In this document: positions 1 to 12,031 of the stretch, in pieces
Position numbering within the stretch: position 1 is the stretch's first letter
Layout: each line of letters opens with the position of its first letter
Assembly (NCBI GenBank): GCA_002633005.1
Contig: NMRA01000069.1
Coordinates: 1 to 32,278 of the forward strand
Direction: 5' to 3'
Origin: Phoronis australis
Lineage: Eukaryota > Animalia > Phoronida
DNA: 32,278 nucleotides
Notes under the pieces: model-generated
The model's input: the letters and a program-made list of their open reading frames with translations, nothing else
Told to the model about the DNA's origin: nothing
Database searches by the model: none
Program-made: the position numbers and the translations under genes

Positions 1-220
1 CTTAAGTTTTCTGAAAAACTTAAGTTTTCTGAAAAACTTAACATTGTGCAGAAAAACTTAAGTTTTTGGCGAAAAACTTAAGTTTTAAAAACTTAAGTTT
101 TTTTTTAAAAACTTAAGTTTTTCGGAAGAACTTAAGTTTTTCCTCTAAAACTCAAGTTATTTTCCAAAAACTTAAGTTTTTTCGCCAAAAACTTAAGTTT
201 TCAGCAAAAAACTTAAGTTC
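1..220. repeat. Tandem array of the palindrome AAAAACTTAAGTTTT
   Basis: About 10 copies are directly visible, separated by short variable spacers. Confidence 0.95.
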
Positions 221-233
221 ATTTTTGTAAGGG
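1..233. mobile_element. Right end of a putative non-autonomous CMC/EnSpm-like DNA transposon with subterminal palindromic repeats
   Basis: An array of AAAAACTTAAGTTTT palindromes at about 20-bp period ends in TTTTTGTAAGGG (reverse complement CCCTTACAAAAA, an EnSpm-type terminus). Sequence after 233 resumes ISL2EU-like sequence matching ~12737 onward, so this element interrupts that copy. The left end is outside the window. Confidence 0.55.
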
Positions 234-1644
234 TATTGAATTTTGATACTTCAGCAATTTTAAACTCCGATTACAGGTTCATGGGTCTGTCAAGAATACT
301 TCTAGTCTAAGATTGAGGGAACCGTTTCTCAGACTTTTAATTTTTCTTGTAATAGAAGATATGAAGACTTGGGTCGTTTAAAAATGATGATTAATCTTTC
401 TGTTGTTTAAGAGTAATTACAAATCTTAAGGCATCATCAAAAATGCAATTTTCACAAAAATGGCAATCATTTGAATTCATAACAATTTGCAACATTTCAA
501 GGCATGAGTTAAGACTATTCAGTCACTGTGAACTCAGAAAATGTAATATATTTTCATGGGTTTACAATTGATACAAGTAGCAAAAGAGTTTCAAGATCTC
601 ATCTTGAAGGGACTTCATGAAGGTTAAGAATTACCTCACCATGCTCTTTTCCCCAAACATGTATTACCTGTTATTTCCACACATTCAGTTGTACCAAATG
701 TTGCAACCCCAATCCCCCTTGCCAATCCCCCGCTAAGGAACTGAATAAGAAAATTAACAAAATGACTTAAATACCTTTCTTTAAAAATAGCTGTTCCTTT
801 TCAAAGGCTTTGTTCGTTGCCTCCAATATTGAACGTATGCTTTGACAAAAGTTCTGCACTGGATGGGAAGATCTTGTTGGTTAGCTGCAATCAAATGCTA
901 AAAAACAATTCTTGTCCATTCAGGGACGGTGCAGAAGCGATGCATATCTCCTCTGCACGGTACAAGCCCTCAAACCTAAAAACCAAAGGTTATGTGAAAA
1001 CAGACGTGATAGATTTCCACTTCAACGTGTAATAGATTTCCAGAAGACATATGATAGGGAGTAAACAAATAGTCTAATGCAATGGATATTTTTCATATAC
1101 AACGCTTTGCCAGTGGCCTTGGATTGTAATCTTAACTCATTAACCTGTATCGAGTTGACAGCATCAACAATCAGCATTGATTGATGTAACTGTCACTGAT
1201 AAACTGTTAGAAATCATTCCAAACAATAATAATGATTTGATGTACGAAAAGATCCCGATTGCTACGTCAAGTATCGTATCACATGTCACAACAAACAAAG
1301 ATTAACCAGACTCTGGCTGGCGACTGACTGTATCACATGTCACAACAAATTTAACCCGACTCGCGACTGCCGCGAAGTCGACATCGGCGAGTACCTCAGT
1401 AAACAGGCATCGGTAGAATAACCATGCAATCATCGTTAAAATAATCACAAACCTTACCTTTGTATAAGGTCGCGCTTACTTCCTCTCATAGAAGCACCCT
1501 TTTCTCGCAAAATCAGATTCAGTTGGCACGGCTGCAAGACAATATTCTCCATGTATTTGAAGGGCTCGCGAAATCGAGGCTGTTAATCTATCACCACTAG
1601 TACACGCCCGCCCTCTAGTTATTGTAGATTTTCCGAATAGCCCC
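234..1644. mobile_element. ISL2EU-like DNA transposon, copy A (right arm only)
   Basis: Colinear with ~12737-14071. It ends in GAATAGCCCC followed by AT (1645-1646), and similarity stops right at the terminus. Confidence 0.85.
1458..1552 (-). pseudogene. SAP-motif first exon of the ISL2EU second gene (copy A)
   Basis: Reads MENIVLQPCQLNLILREKGASMRGSKRDLIQR, then a GTAAGG donor, fitting the SAP pattern L..L..RG...G.K..LI.R. A decayed downstream exon begins after TTTTTAG near 975 (DLP..., KAFEKEQLFLKKG) with stops and frameshifts. Confidence 0.6.
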
Positions 1645-2004
1645 ATTTTAGATAATTTTGAAAGAAAACTCTTAACATTCATTAAGCTGTTTCGTGAAAA
1701 GTAGATTTAGGTGTTAGTCCTTAGTAGATGTTCCTAGTGGGAAGAGAATATTTGCCCCAAAATGTGGCTTCGAAATGTCCGACAAAGGCGCTTCCTGTAT
1801 GAAAAAAATATTGTGTACATAGGATTCAGTGAAATACAAGAACATTATTTTCATAAGGTTTTCTTGTGTTCCAAAGTCTGCATCATTACAAAAATCTAGC
1901 TTTTTACTTGAAATTGACTCTACATAGAAAAGTTCCTAGTGCAAGACGACGACGACACTTCTCCAATAACAATAAACAACTACAGAGCAAGAAAAGCAAT
2001 TAGA

Positions 2005-2387
2005 AAGAAGCGCTTCTTTTCGTGTTTAACAGCACAGTCTCTACAGTTTGATCCTTTCCCATATGTCGCACAAAGAAGAGGACAGTTTATGTGCATGTGT
2101 GTGTATTTGTGTCGATGTGACGTTTCATTGATAGCCTGGATTTTTCATTGAATAAACACTCGCTACAACAACGATGGTGTGGTTGCACTCTATGTGTTCT
2201 TTCAGATGGCAATTTCTCGTATAAGTAAAAGTGCACTCTTTACACGGTATCCTTACGTTTGTTTTCACGTGGCCTGACAGTTTTGACTTCAAATCAAGCT
2301 CAAGACGGCATTCCAAACGCGTATGTTTGGTAAGGGTATGCGTGCGGCAGTACAGCTTTAATCCCTTCCACGTCACGATAGGTGCCC
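2005..2387 (-). pseudogene. Decayed C2H2 zinc-finger array, 3' part
   Basis: Contains CKECTFTYTRNCHLKEHIECNH, then frameshifted CSECLFNEKSRLSMKRHIDTNTH and degenerate CATYGKGSNCRDCAVKHEKK. Confidence 0.75.
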
Positions 2388-3861
2388 TGATACGCCTTAA
2401 AATGTAACAATTTCGTAAAATGTAGTAATTGTTATATGTTTCGTCATTCTTACCAATTACGTTGCCAAGCCTCTCCTCTTGTACCATTTTACGTCGAATG
2501 CTGATTCGAGAATTGTGCCATTGTTACATTTTACGAAGTCAACACCACATCACAAAGTAAAGGACCAAAACCACGAAGAAGTGGTATATGACAGGACCGT
2601 GGGTACTCCACTATTTTTGGACCAGGAGAGCCGACCGAAAATTTGGATACCTACCCATTTAGAGAGTGGGCTTAGACAAAATAGTGACCCATGAAGAGAG
2701 TAGTTTTTGTAAAAATTCACATTTTTGCACAGCTTTGTCGGTTCCAGAAATTCCGAAAATAACAACCTTTTAGATAGAATTTTGTCGCAAATGGCACCAT
2801 GTTGGCGAGTATTTCTGCTGTGAAAAGAACACCCTTTTGGGCAACACTTATCGTATATGTCTTCTAAATATTCATGTAGGAATTCTCTTCAGCAACAATT
2901 CGGCGAACCATTATTACTATCGCTACCACTATCGCTACCACTATCATTATCATTACCATTATTATTGTTATTATTGTTCAATTTATTTAATGAGGACTAA
3001 GTGCAATATAAACAATGCATGCTTAGTAAAATGCTAATACATCATGGTCCTCAAAGATTTTAATTAAAATCAACTCCTACATGATTCAATGTTTTCACCG
3101 GGCTTCTCATAATGGACAGCGAGTGCTTTTTCAAAAGCAGGTTCCTAGATTCAATCAACTTTTTGATATCGAGGAAGTTGAGATTTGAAACCTTGTTTAG
3201 AAATATGCCAACTTCAAAAACTGATTATTAGTGAGCTGTCGGCAAGCAGAGTATTGTTTGTGATATAACTAGTAGGACTAGAACGTGATATTTTCCTATC
3301 CATTTGGCCTTCAACATTGAATTCTCCGTGAAAGTTTTGCTGGGGTCGTTTTTTCAAGAAGAAATACCATCAATACTAGCCAAAATACGATGTCACTGTT
3401 TTGGTTGTGCTTACTAAAATGCTGGATACATAAATGGTTTATGACCTACATGTATGAGCTTCAACAAGATTGCAAGAGCGCTTTAACAATAACAAACTTG
3501 TTACCTGATCCTGGAAACTCCTTTCGTGTAGAGTTGAAAATGTACAGGGTACATCTCTATTATACTAAGAACTTATTCATGTTAGAAACACAACGCAGAG
3601 CAAATAGGGGCACACTTATAAAGTCGGGCTGTCACATTTGACAGAATTTCATTCAAACAATCAAACAAAGAAGTCGTTAATTGCGTGAACCGTATTCCTA
3701 TGTGTGACAAATACCAGGAAAACTCATGAAATATGACGTCACTTTCGTAACATGTAACAACGGTACAATTCTCGCATGCGCAATCGACGTAAATTGTAAC
3801 AGTTACATATTTGTAACAGCTTGTTACATTTCACAAAAGTGTTACATTTTAGGGCGTATAA
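2388..3861. mobile_element. Non-autonomous TIR DNA transposon with 6-bp TSD (GTGCCC); superfamily unresolved
   Basis: TIRs are TGATACGCCTTAAAATGTAAC and GTTACATTTTAGGGCGTATAA (2 mismatches in 21). A further inverted match links ~2481-2540 and ~3735-3800. GTGCCC lies at 2382-2387 and 3862-3867, and removing the element rejoins the zinc-finger coding sequence. Confidence 0.85.
2911..3060 (-). mobile_element. Putative LINE/SINE 3' end (CR1/L2-group style) nested in the 6-bp-TSD element
   Basis: A TGAGGAC...GTCCTCA stem (2991-2997 with 3047-3053) is followed on the minus strand by AAATAAA and a degenerate (AAT)n tail (2911-2977). No recognisable ORF2 lies upstream. Confidence 0.45.
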
Positions 3862-3867
3862 GTGCCC

Positions 3868-4050
3868 TTTACCGGCTACACAATAGTTTTGGTGTTCCAT
3901 TAATTGCATGCTGTAGTCCTCCTAATCCTGCTTGCTGTTAAAACCCTTCTCGCATTCCAGGCACTGGAGTGGGAACTTCCCATAATGCACCTGCCGTTTG
4001 TGGCTCCTCAGTGAGGTTTGATTGTTGAACGTGGCTTCACTGTGGAATTG
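3868..4050 (-). pseudogene. Decayed C2H2 zinc-finger array, 5' part
   Basis: Reads EATFNNQTSLRSHKRQVHYGKFPLQCLECEKGFNSKQD*ED, and continues across the TSD into RAPIVTWKGLKLYCRTH. Confidence 0.75.
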
Positions 4051-6650
4051 AGTTTTTGTTGATTGCACATGTCCAGGCTTTGAAATAGTAAACTATCAGT
4101 CTCTCCTTATCTGTGCTTGACAGTTGCCATGTCACTTCGCTGGTTAAATCACTTCTAATTTGAATGTGATTTCCAATTATCAGAAAATTCATAACGTCAA
4201 AACACTACAATCCACATGTATACCTCCATTATCTAAACATACAAATTCAGCGATTGAAAACGCAAAAGGGTGAATATAGTGAACTGCAGTCTATGGGCTG
4301 AATATTTGGCGATGGGAAAATATTTTAGAGTTAAGAGCATGACAGAGTTTTGTTTAGTCTCTTTGCCACATGAATTTTAGCTATTCAAGGCCTGCGGAGC
4401 TAACTAATGTGTTCATCTTGCACTGCGGAGCACAGATATCTGCGCAGGGCAGATTGCGCTTTTCCGGGTAGTGGCTTTTACGAATGCTTCAGACCCAATG
4501 GGATATCTTCCCTTTACTTGAAACTCATTTAATTAGTATTTGCAGTATACTACTTGGCATCAAACCAAAATTTCTTTTTCTGAAGTATTTCGCCACCAGT
4601 TGGTATTCTGTCGTTCGTTGTTGGTCGTCATCTGTCTAATAACTTCGACGAAATCCAGCGGTATCTTAGTTTTCCTTGACAAAATCTATTTTCGGTATTT
4701 TCGCAAGTTCGATCGTCAGGATATTCTAGTTTTGTAACAAATTTACTCAATCATTTTGATATTGCAAGTTCGTTGTTATGTTTATATTGTTTTCCGGTAA
4801 CCACTTAGCCCAGTCGCCATAGTCAACATTGCATTCAATCGTTCCTTAATGAATCCCACTTCCAACTTAGCAACAAATCTAAAATGGCGGAGTATCACTC
4901 GGCTGCATTTCGTGACAAGCGAGGATTTTTATGAAATTTTCGCCCACGGATTTCATTAGGATTACCTTGTAGGGGATGGTGGCTCTATTATAACATGTTC
5001 TAATAGTCTAACGCGGGTTAACAACGTGTGGTACTAGGTCAGCATTCAAACTGACACTTAAGTATGTGAAGGAGACTCAAAAAACATTCGTGGGCACGCG
5101 ATAACAGAGTTTCGGAATTGCTTCGCGAGCGTCCGTGAAAACTCGGATGTAGCGAATGTAGTTTGCCATGAACGTCACAATGTAAGGTACTTGAACTTAT
5201 GATTTTTGCGTTTCTTGACATTTATCCGTCAATTAAATGTGATGAAGTGAAAAACGTATTCGAAGATTTTTTCGGGGCCGATTTCGTAGAGTTCCATGCA
5301 CATTTCAGTAGAGAATTCCGAGGAAACCCATTTTTTTGTTTCCAACCTTTATGCTTTATTAGTAGTGATATTCGTCAACAGTGAGTGAGAACAGATAAAC
5401 CCAAGCACCTGTGGTCACTCCGCTTTTTGCAGTTTTTAAACTACCGGTAAACTCATGAACCAAAGCTTCCATGGACTCATAGGATGGCATGCCAGTCCCT
5501 ACATGACGTCATTAAGTCAAAATTAAGGATGAAAGATGGCAGACCGTTTGATTCGTTGGCGTTAAAGGGAGGTACAAACAGGCGAAACGCAACCGGTAAG
5601 GCTGTTTGCGGTTATCAAAACATGCCAAGAGAATCTGATTTGCTTAGTGCCAACACACTCAACGAGAATTTCCCTCCCCTTCTTTTGTTTGTATCCGCTT
5701 CTCCAAGTGGTGAAAAGCTTTCCTGTGGACTTTCAGCTCTGGTCAATAGCTGAATATCGGCTAGGTTTTAGTGTTGTTTAAAATAAAATTCTTTTCGTAT
5801 TTTATTCATACATGTTGAATTCGGTGTCGCTGATCTCATCCTCTAATGCACGCGAAATGTGCAGCGTGTTATGTGATCACACTCTGCAAACCAATCCCGG
5901 ATATACATTAGGTAATTTCACGTGGTAATCGTGAAGCTGAGTAACACATTTTAATGAATCGTCGATTCAGAAGAAGGACCAAAAGAGCGGTGTAAAAACA
6001 CCAGTTGGATGCCGAAATTAATGAGTGAGATAAAAGTTGTCGGGTCAAGCAAGTCGAGAGAACGGTCACTTAACTTCCTAAAAGTTTCTAATGGCTACTC
6101 GACGAGTAAGTTACTGGCCCCAACTCACCATTGCAATCATGCACGATAGAACAACAGAGGTGTGAATTCAACCGTATGTCATAGTCTAGAGTTCTATTCT
6201 TGTTTTTCTCCAGAGGAATTTTATACAATCACATACATAGGAGTATTTGGATAATTATTCTTTACCGTATTTACTTTTGTTAGTGCAGATTTCTTTTTCT
6301 TTCCTTGTGTTTATGCTTATATCCTTATTCGTCACCTTCTTTGTGTTGTTGTTCTTCTCTTCCTAAGGCACTGGTATCCAGTGACCGGTTGCATGAAACT
6401 GTCCCAAATAGGGACTCAACAAAGTTCCCTAAATCTGCTGGGGATTTGTAGGCTTGTGAAAACACTGACTGTCCGTTTTCATGGTAGTTCAATATCATTA
6501 CTAAATCAGTTTTGTCATTGATGCAGTACAAGTCGATACTGAAGTCTTCTTGAAATTCTCAATTTTATAGGAAATAAGTAGGGATCTTTTCATACAACGA
6601 AGTAAGTCTCAAATAATTTTTACTGAAATAGTTACATTATTAGAAAATTA

Positions 6651-6776
6651 TAGGCAGATCCAAGGAGGGGGGGGGGAAGGCGAAGTGAATTTAGTAATAT
6701 CAAATCTAAAAATTGTTGACTTGGACCGTCCTTTCTAAAAAAATCTCCTGATCCGACCTCTCTTGATGCACCCCTG
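6651..6776. mobile_element. Degenerate hAT-like MITE remnant
   Basis: GGCAGATCCA followed by poly-G on the left and GATGCACCCCTG on the right resemble CAGGGGCGGATCC-type ends. No TSD was found. Confidence 0.3.
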
Positions 6777-7261
6777 AACATGTCAGAAAAAAGAGATAAT
6801 AAAGATACATATAAAATGACAGAATGGCTATTTGGGACTGTTGGATGCAACCGGGCACAGCTAATGACATGAATCAGTGAGGACTAACGTCAAATACAGC
6901 TACGTGCAACTGCCAACAGGCCTCGAAGTTTCACAGCTCTCTGGTAGTTCTGCTCGTCACCTAATCGTGAATCCTACGTCAACATGAACCACTAACGGCC
7001 ACCGGAGTCGGACTTGAGCTATCTTAAGACAAAAATGTCTCAGCCTCCTTTCATGAAGTTTCTCAAGACCAAAATTTAGACCGAAATCCGACTATGATAA
7101 AACTATTATTACTGCGATCCGTTGAAGACCAAGTTTTGTTAATACTTTTCACAATCTAATGTCCCTAAAATGACAAATTCAAAATCGTTTGCCTGAGACC
7201 CTAGAACCGCAAAAAAGCGCAGACTTGGAGAGATAAAGCAGTCCAATTTACTTGCACTAGT

Positions 7262-7419
7262 GAAACATTTTACAGCCATTCCAGGATCTTTGCACTTAAA
7301 CGAAACTACAATGGTACACAAACTGTTTAGCACTCTAAGACCAAGGTTATTCTTGAAACCGCCTCGGGACTTTTTTAAGCGACTGAGTGCATGTTACGCC
7401 CACTCAATGGGCCTCAATA
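7262..7419 (-). pseudogene. Ty3/Gypsy gag remnant, 3' part with degenerate zinc knuckle
   Basis: Continues the gag from 15405 as (Y)IEAH. SFKCKDPG-MAVKC at ~7265-7306 resembles an eroded CX2CX4HX4C. Confidence 0.6.
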
Positions 7420-9074
7420 CAGCACACATCACGAATTTTTGTCCGCCCGGTCGGAAATTGGTCGACGACTAGCCGTCGACCGGTCGGCAAATTAGCCGAC
7501 CGGTCGGCTAATTTTTAGCCGCCCGCAGTGCGGACTCATAAGGCGACTCCCCAGCCGACCCTTCAGCCGACCGGCCATCAGCCGACCAGCTGGTCGGCTG
7601 CTATTTTTAGGCTAGAGTAGCAGTTGTGTAATAGGTTGTCAGGCTGATACCACTTTGCGTGTCGTCTTAGCACAGGGTCAAATAAATTAACCTAGTTTTA
7701 CTGTCTCGGTTACATGAGTTCACGTCGGTTGTGTAGTACCACTAATTCGAAGGTTGAAGTCAAGCGGTACTAGTAAATATTGGATTATGGAAAATGCAAC
7801 AAGTTTTGGATGAAAAACGTGAAAGTTTTCTTTACATTTGATCTTTAATTTGACTCGTGACGTTAACAAGATGTATTAGATTGGTTGCTTCCCGATCAAT
7901 ACAACGCTGTAGTCATTTTGTAAACGCAGCTATTTTAGCAGTCTTCGCCCTCAGTTGATTTCAAGTTGTTTGTGTAACGCCAAACTGCATCTTTTTGCGT
8001 TTTTCTCCTATCACGCGCCCATGATGATGGATTAGCGAGTGAGTTCTTACACCGCGAAAAGCTCTCACTCCAGGGATTTTATTTTCACAGTATTGACCCT
8101 TGCAGTACAGACACGAAATTCACGGTCCAGTATGCCCTAAACCCACGGTCTTCGATGGCTCTAACTTCCAAATCATATTATGGTTACGATTTCCACGAAC
8201 TAAGACGGTGACATCACCACTGTTGAGGCTACAGCAATTATAGCCTTGCGCATTCCGTTTTCAGTGTATCGGAGACGTTTGAATCTGGGCTAGCAGTTAC
8301 ATGTACATGTACATGTATACACGTAGTCCCCTATCAGTTGGTCGTTCACGTTGTTCCAAAAATAAATATTTTCTGTCAACAACATATTGACAAATTATGC
8401 AAAATAAAATAAATGTGAACGGCAAGATGTGAATACGTGGTGTAGAGGTATTTGTCTCTACGCGGCATATTTGCGTGAACCTTTGGTAAAGCGATTGCTA
8501 TGGTAAAAATGATAGAAAATACATAAATGTGCGCTTTTGAGGAGCATGGTCTGGCCACCTCAGGTAGTAAGTGACGCTGAATGAAAAGTGGCAACTACAT
8601 GTTTGGCGCGAAAATAAAAAATCATGCTTGTATCGCCGCCCACCCCCCTCCTCGAATTTTGCACATTCTAATTAATGAGTCACCACTCGAGATTTGGTTC
8701 CGTTTCAGTCCTAAAATCGCAGAATAATTCTGTGCTCAGCTGTAAGAAAAAATACAATTTTTTGAAACGGTGCTCAGTCTTAATAAAGTGTCCAGCATGA
8801 GAGCGCTTTGATCAGAAATGCCAAGCACACGCAGAGTTGTAAGACAGAGACGTTGGCGTTTCCGTATGTCCACAAAAGTGCTTGGAGCAGTGTGTACAAA
8901 TTTGTTCATTTCGCTTTTCTACACTGACGACTGTGATCAACACGGTGTTTCAACTACACTTTTGAGTGCATTTTCAAAAATAAATGTTTGGTTGGTGAAT
9001 TCAGCGAGTCGGTGCCCACGGGCAGGAAAACGTATCTGCTTAAATAAAGAGTTGCGTTTTCAAAACATTCAGAG

Positions 9075-9253
9075 CATGAGCTCAAGGACTACCTGAGACA
9101 GAAAATAAAACCGATTACCAAACAGAAACTTGTCCAATGAATATATAGGTCTTGGAAAACTGTTACCCCGAAGAAATGTGCAAAATACGAACGTCATTTA
9201 CGGAAGGTTGTACCAGAAGTGATTCGTTGCAGTGGAGCCGCACGGGATAGTAA
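9075..9253 (+). pseudogene. C-terminal fragment of an IS630/Tc1/mariner-type transposase
   Basis: HELKDYLRQKIKPITKQKLVQ*IYRSWKTVTPKKCAKYERHLRKVVPEVIRCSGAA resembles the region after the SPDLNPIE motif. The catalytic core is absent and there is an internal stop. Confidence 0.75.
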
Positions 9254-11293
9254 AAACACTGTGCTGTGCACTAGTTACCTGAATGGAAAGCTGAAGCGGA
9301 AAAATCCAGAACACACATTTTCTATTCAGGAATTCAAATCTCTGTAGAATCAAAAACAATCGGCAACCAGGATTTATTGCGTTAGAAAATTTATCACGCC
9401 AGGAGAGAATTGTTTTCATGCCCGGAGACTACGTGATCACCCATTATGCAATGATGACAATCCAGTGTGTACCTATACATTTGCATCTATTGTAAAACGT
9501 GGATTAGACGAAAGAAATTCAACCCCATTTCGAAGATAATATGTCTGTTGTCGGCGAGAGGTTGAACATATAGCCCTTGTTTATGCGTATACTACGGACA
9601 TTATCACTTTGAAAGATCAATGCTTGGGGATGGTGACGTGGTGTTCTGGCGTGAAAGTTACTGACATGGTAAGTTTTTGAACCTGACTTATTAAATTTTC
9701 AGTTCGGTCGTATTTTATTTTGATTCTGAAGTGAAGAATTTTTGGTCCTCACTTGATAAATTATAGGTGCTGATGTGATAAATTTTCAGTGGTGAATTTG
9801 GTCTTTATTTGCTCTTTGGTCTTCTGTGTGAAAACAATCTCAATGTATTGGATTATTTTAATTCCTGCTTAAGTAAAATGTCTGGTTTTGAGATATTTAT
9901 TTTTGTTATTGGAGAGTTTGCATGTTTTGCTAGGTTTTAATCTTGCATAGAAAAGATATGTCGTTAAATGTTTCAAATTAGGCCTCCCATAAATGCAGGG
10001 AGAGCAGGTTGTGTAGCATCGTACTATGTAACTTCTAAATCTAGGTGTTCGGGATTTAGTAATACTATGAAAAATGAGTAGGTATGACTATGAAAAATGA
10101 GGCTTCTTTTGAAATACTGTATCCTTTGTATATGCCTGGTGTAGATGGCTCAGTGTGATATTATGTAAGCTTTATTATCCTCTATGGCTTAACAACTATA
10201 TATCTTCATTCATGCCTGTAAAAGAGGTACTCCCAGGATCATCAAGCATGTGTATGCTTTTATTCTAATGAGGCGTGCTTCGAATGTACAATTAGTAATC
10301 ATACTTTGGCAGTGGTTCATAACAAACGGATTCATTAAACCCAGTAAATATTTTTGCAACTGCTGACTCTGCATATTAGACGTGCATATTGCATCATACC
10401 TCATCAGAGTAAAACTTGTTACCAATCAAAGTAGAAAAAATTATTTTTATCATTGCCACAAGACGTTAACAAACGCAGTGAGTGTTTGTAACTGTTGTGT
10501 CTAGATTGCTGATGAACTAAAGTCGGTCTACATGTATTTCCATTTTTATATTACTGATTCATGCCAAAGGTTTGAAATTGCGCCCCTTTAAGAGTTTTGA
10601 CTTGCCCTAGTGATCACTAGAATCCGATGCAATAAACTTATAGAAGTTGTTTTTTAACCAGTGTAATATAGCTGAAAATTGTGTGCGCTTTCGTTTGCGA
10701 GAGTGTTTTTTTGAATCAATGGGTTAATTATTTTACGCTCTACATGAAAACACAGACTACATTTTTTAGTATTACATGTACCAGGTTTCCCCGAAAATAT
10801 TATTTTCAAAGTTTTCCCCCATGGAGTATACGCGAAACGCCAAGTACTGTGTTCTTACGCGAAAGGGCTCGGAAGGCTCTAGGCTTGGGAAGCTGTTTAC
10901 TAAATTAAATATACAAATTTGCGCCATTGTGGGCAAAAACTGACAGAATAAAATCTTCCTAGAGTAATCTAAATTATTTACCAGCGTTGCAAAAAATGGT
11001 TTTCTACAATTATTCTGCTGCTAAAGTTATGGTGTGATCTTATGCGTCGACTTTCGACCCAATGAAATATTGCGTTACCTTTTAGCCAGTTTCTTTTTCC
11101 CAGATTCTTCAATCAAACGTTCTCCCTCGAAGTTGCGTAAACGTCACAACAAATGATCAGAATGGGGCTATTCAGAGAATTCTCCTCGCGGTGTCGCTGC
11201 TGTATTAGTGGTGATTGAATTGCGCATGCGTGGCTGTCTGCATGTAAACAACTGGTAAAAGATGGAATTTTTATCAAAATACGTCGTCGCGCT

Positions 11294-11650
11294 AAGCCTT
11301 ATTACTGCTAATTTCCCTGGTGCAAGTCTTGGACAGGTGGCCACAAATTCCCAAAAGACCTAAGGTTACTATATTCGTGGACAACTGCGGTCAACAGGGT
11401 CAACTAACTGACAAAAAGTGTGTGGATGCTGAAGCACCGTGCGTGCTCTACGTCTATTACTATGCAGTTCCATTTGGAGACTACACAACATTACTTGGTA
11501 AGTTTGTTATCCCCACCAGTTACCCCACTCAATAACAGTTTTATTGAGTGGAACTAAGTGTTTCTTTTTGGAAACTCACCCGATGCTGGGTAGGCTAGCA
11601 GCACATATTCATATTGTGCTGGGTGGGAGTGTTCCCAAAATAAGAGGTAT
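11294..11650 (+). pseudogene. THAP-domain N-terminus of the ISL2EU transposase (decayed, spliced)
   Basis: Reads PYYC*FPWCKSWTGGHKFPKDLRLLYSWTTAVNRVN*LTKSVW, then a frameshifted LCSS/H..DY-like segment and a GTAAGT donor at 11498. A later VLGGSVPKI resembles the AVP box. Confidence 0.7.
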
Positions 11651-12031
11651 GTGGTACGTGATGCGCAGAAGTCAAGAGTGACTTTTTCACAGCAGTTTCT
11701 CTTCAAAACTATGCTATTTCCAATAAAATTCTCTAGATGATTGAGTTTCCATATTTTATCGTGGACCCCACCCCCAGGACCACCAGCTCAGTTATCAAAT
11801 TAACATGAATAAGCCTTAATTCAGTAAATGCCGTAACATTGCATTGGAAAAAAATTGACACCTAGAATGAATTTTACTTGTTGAGATCAGAAGCACATTT
11901 TAAGTGTAATGAAAAATACACATTGTTAAATCACTTTTAGCCTGTTTCACATATTTTTATGCAGATATTAAATAAGACTTGGGTACAAAGGTTATTAGTT
12001 TCTACACATAAACATGAAGATGAAATGTCAA

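Noticed and set aside
1-220. CRISPR-like repeat-spacer array
   Set aside because: The spacers are only a few bases, there are no cas genes, the context is eukaryotic, and the array ends in a transposon-like terminus.
2837-3037. His/Tyr-rich ORF, and Cys/Val or His/Thr ORFs at 21220-21466
   Set aside because: These are translations of microsatellites.
4810-4892. Divergent ATGGCG (YY1-like) motifs suggesting a bidirectional promoter
   Set aside because: The motifs are short and no intact gene lies on either side.
5562-5600. TTAA-AGGG Kolobok-like terminus
   Set aside because: No partner inverted end was found.
8818-9096. Short ORFs shared between repeat copies (also 14146-14346 and 31066-31365) taken as conserved genes
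   Set aside because: Sharing is explained by recent transposition, the starts differ between copies, and no domain is recognisable.
11262-11535. Apparent signal peptide MEFLSKYVVALSLITA and ORF 11320-11535
   Set aside because: They are alternative frames over the THAP relic, and the signal-like frame stops after about 40 codons.
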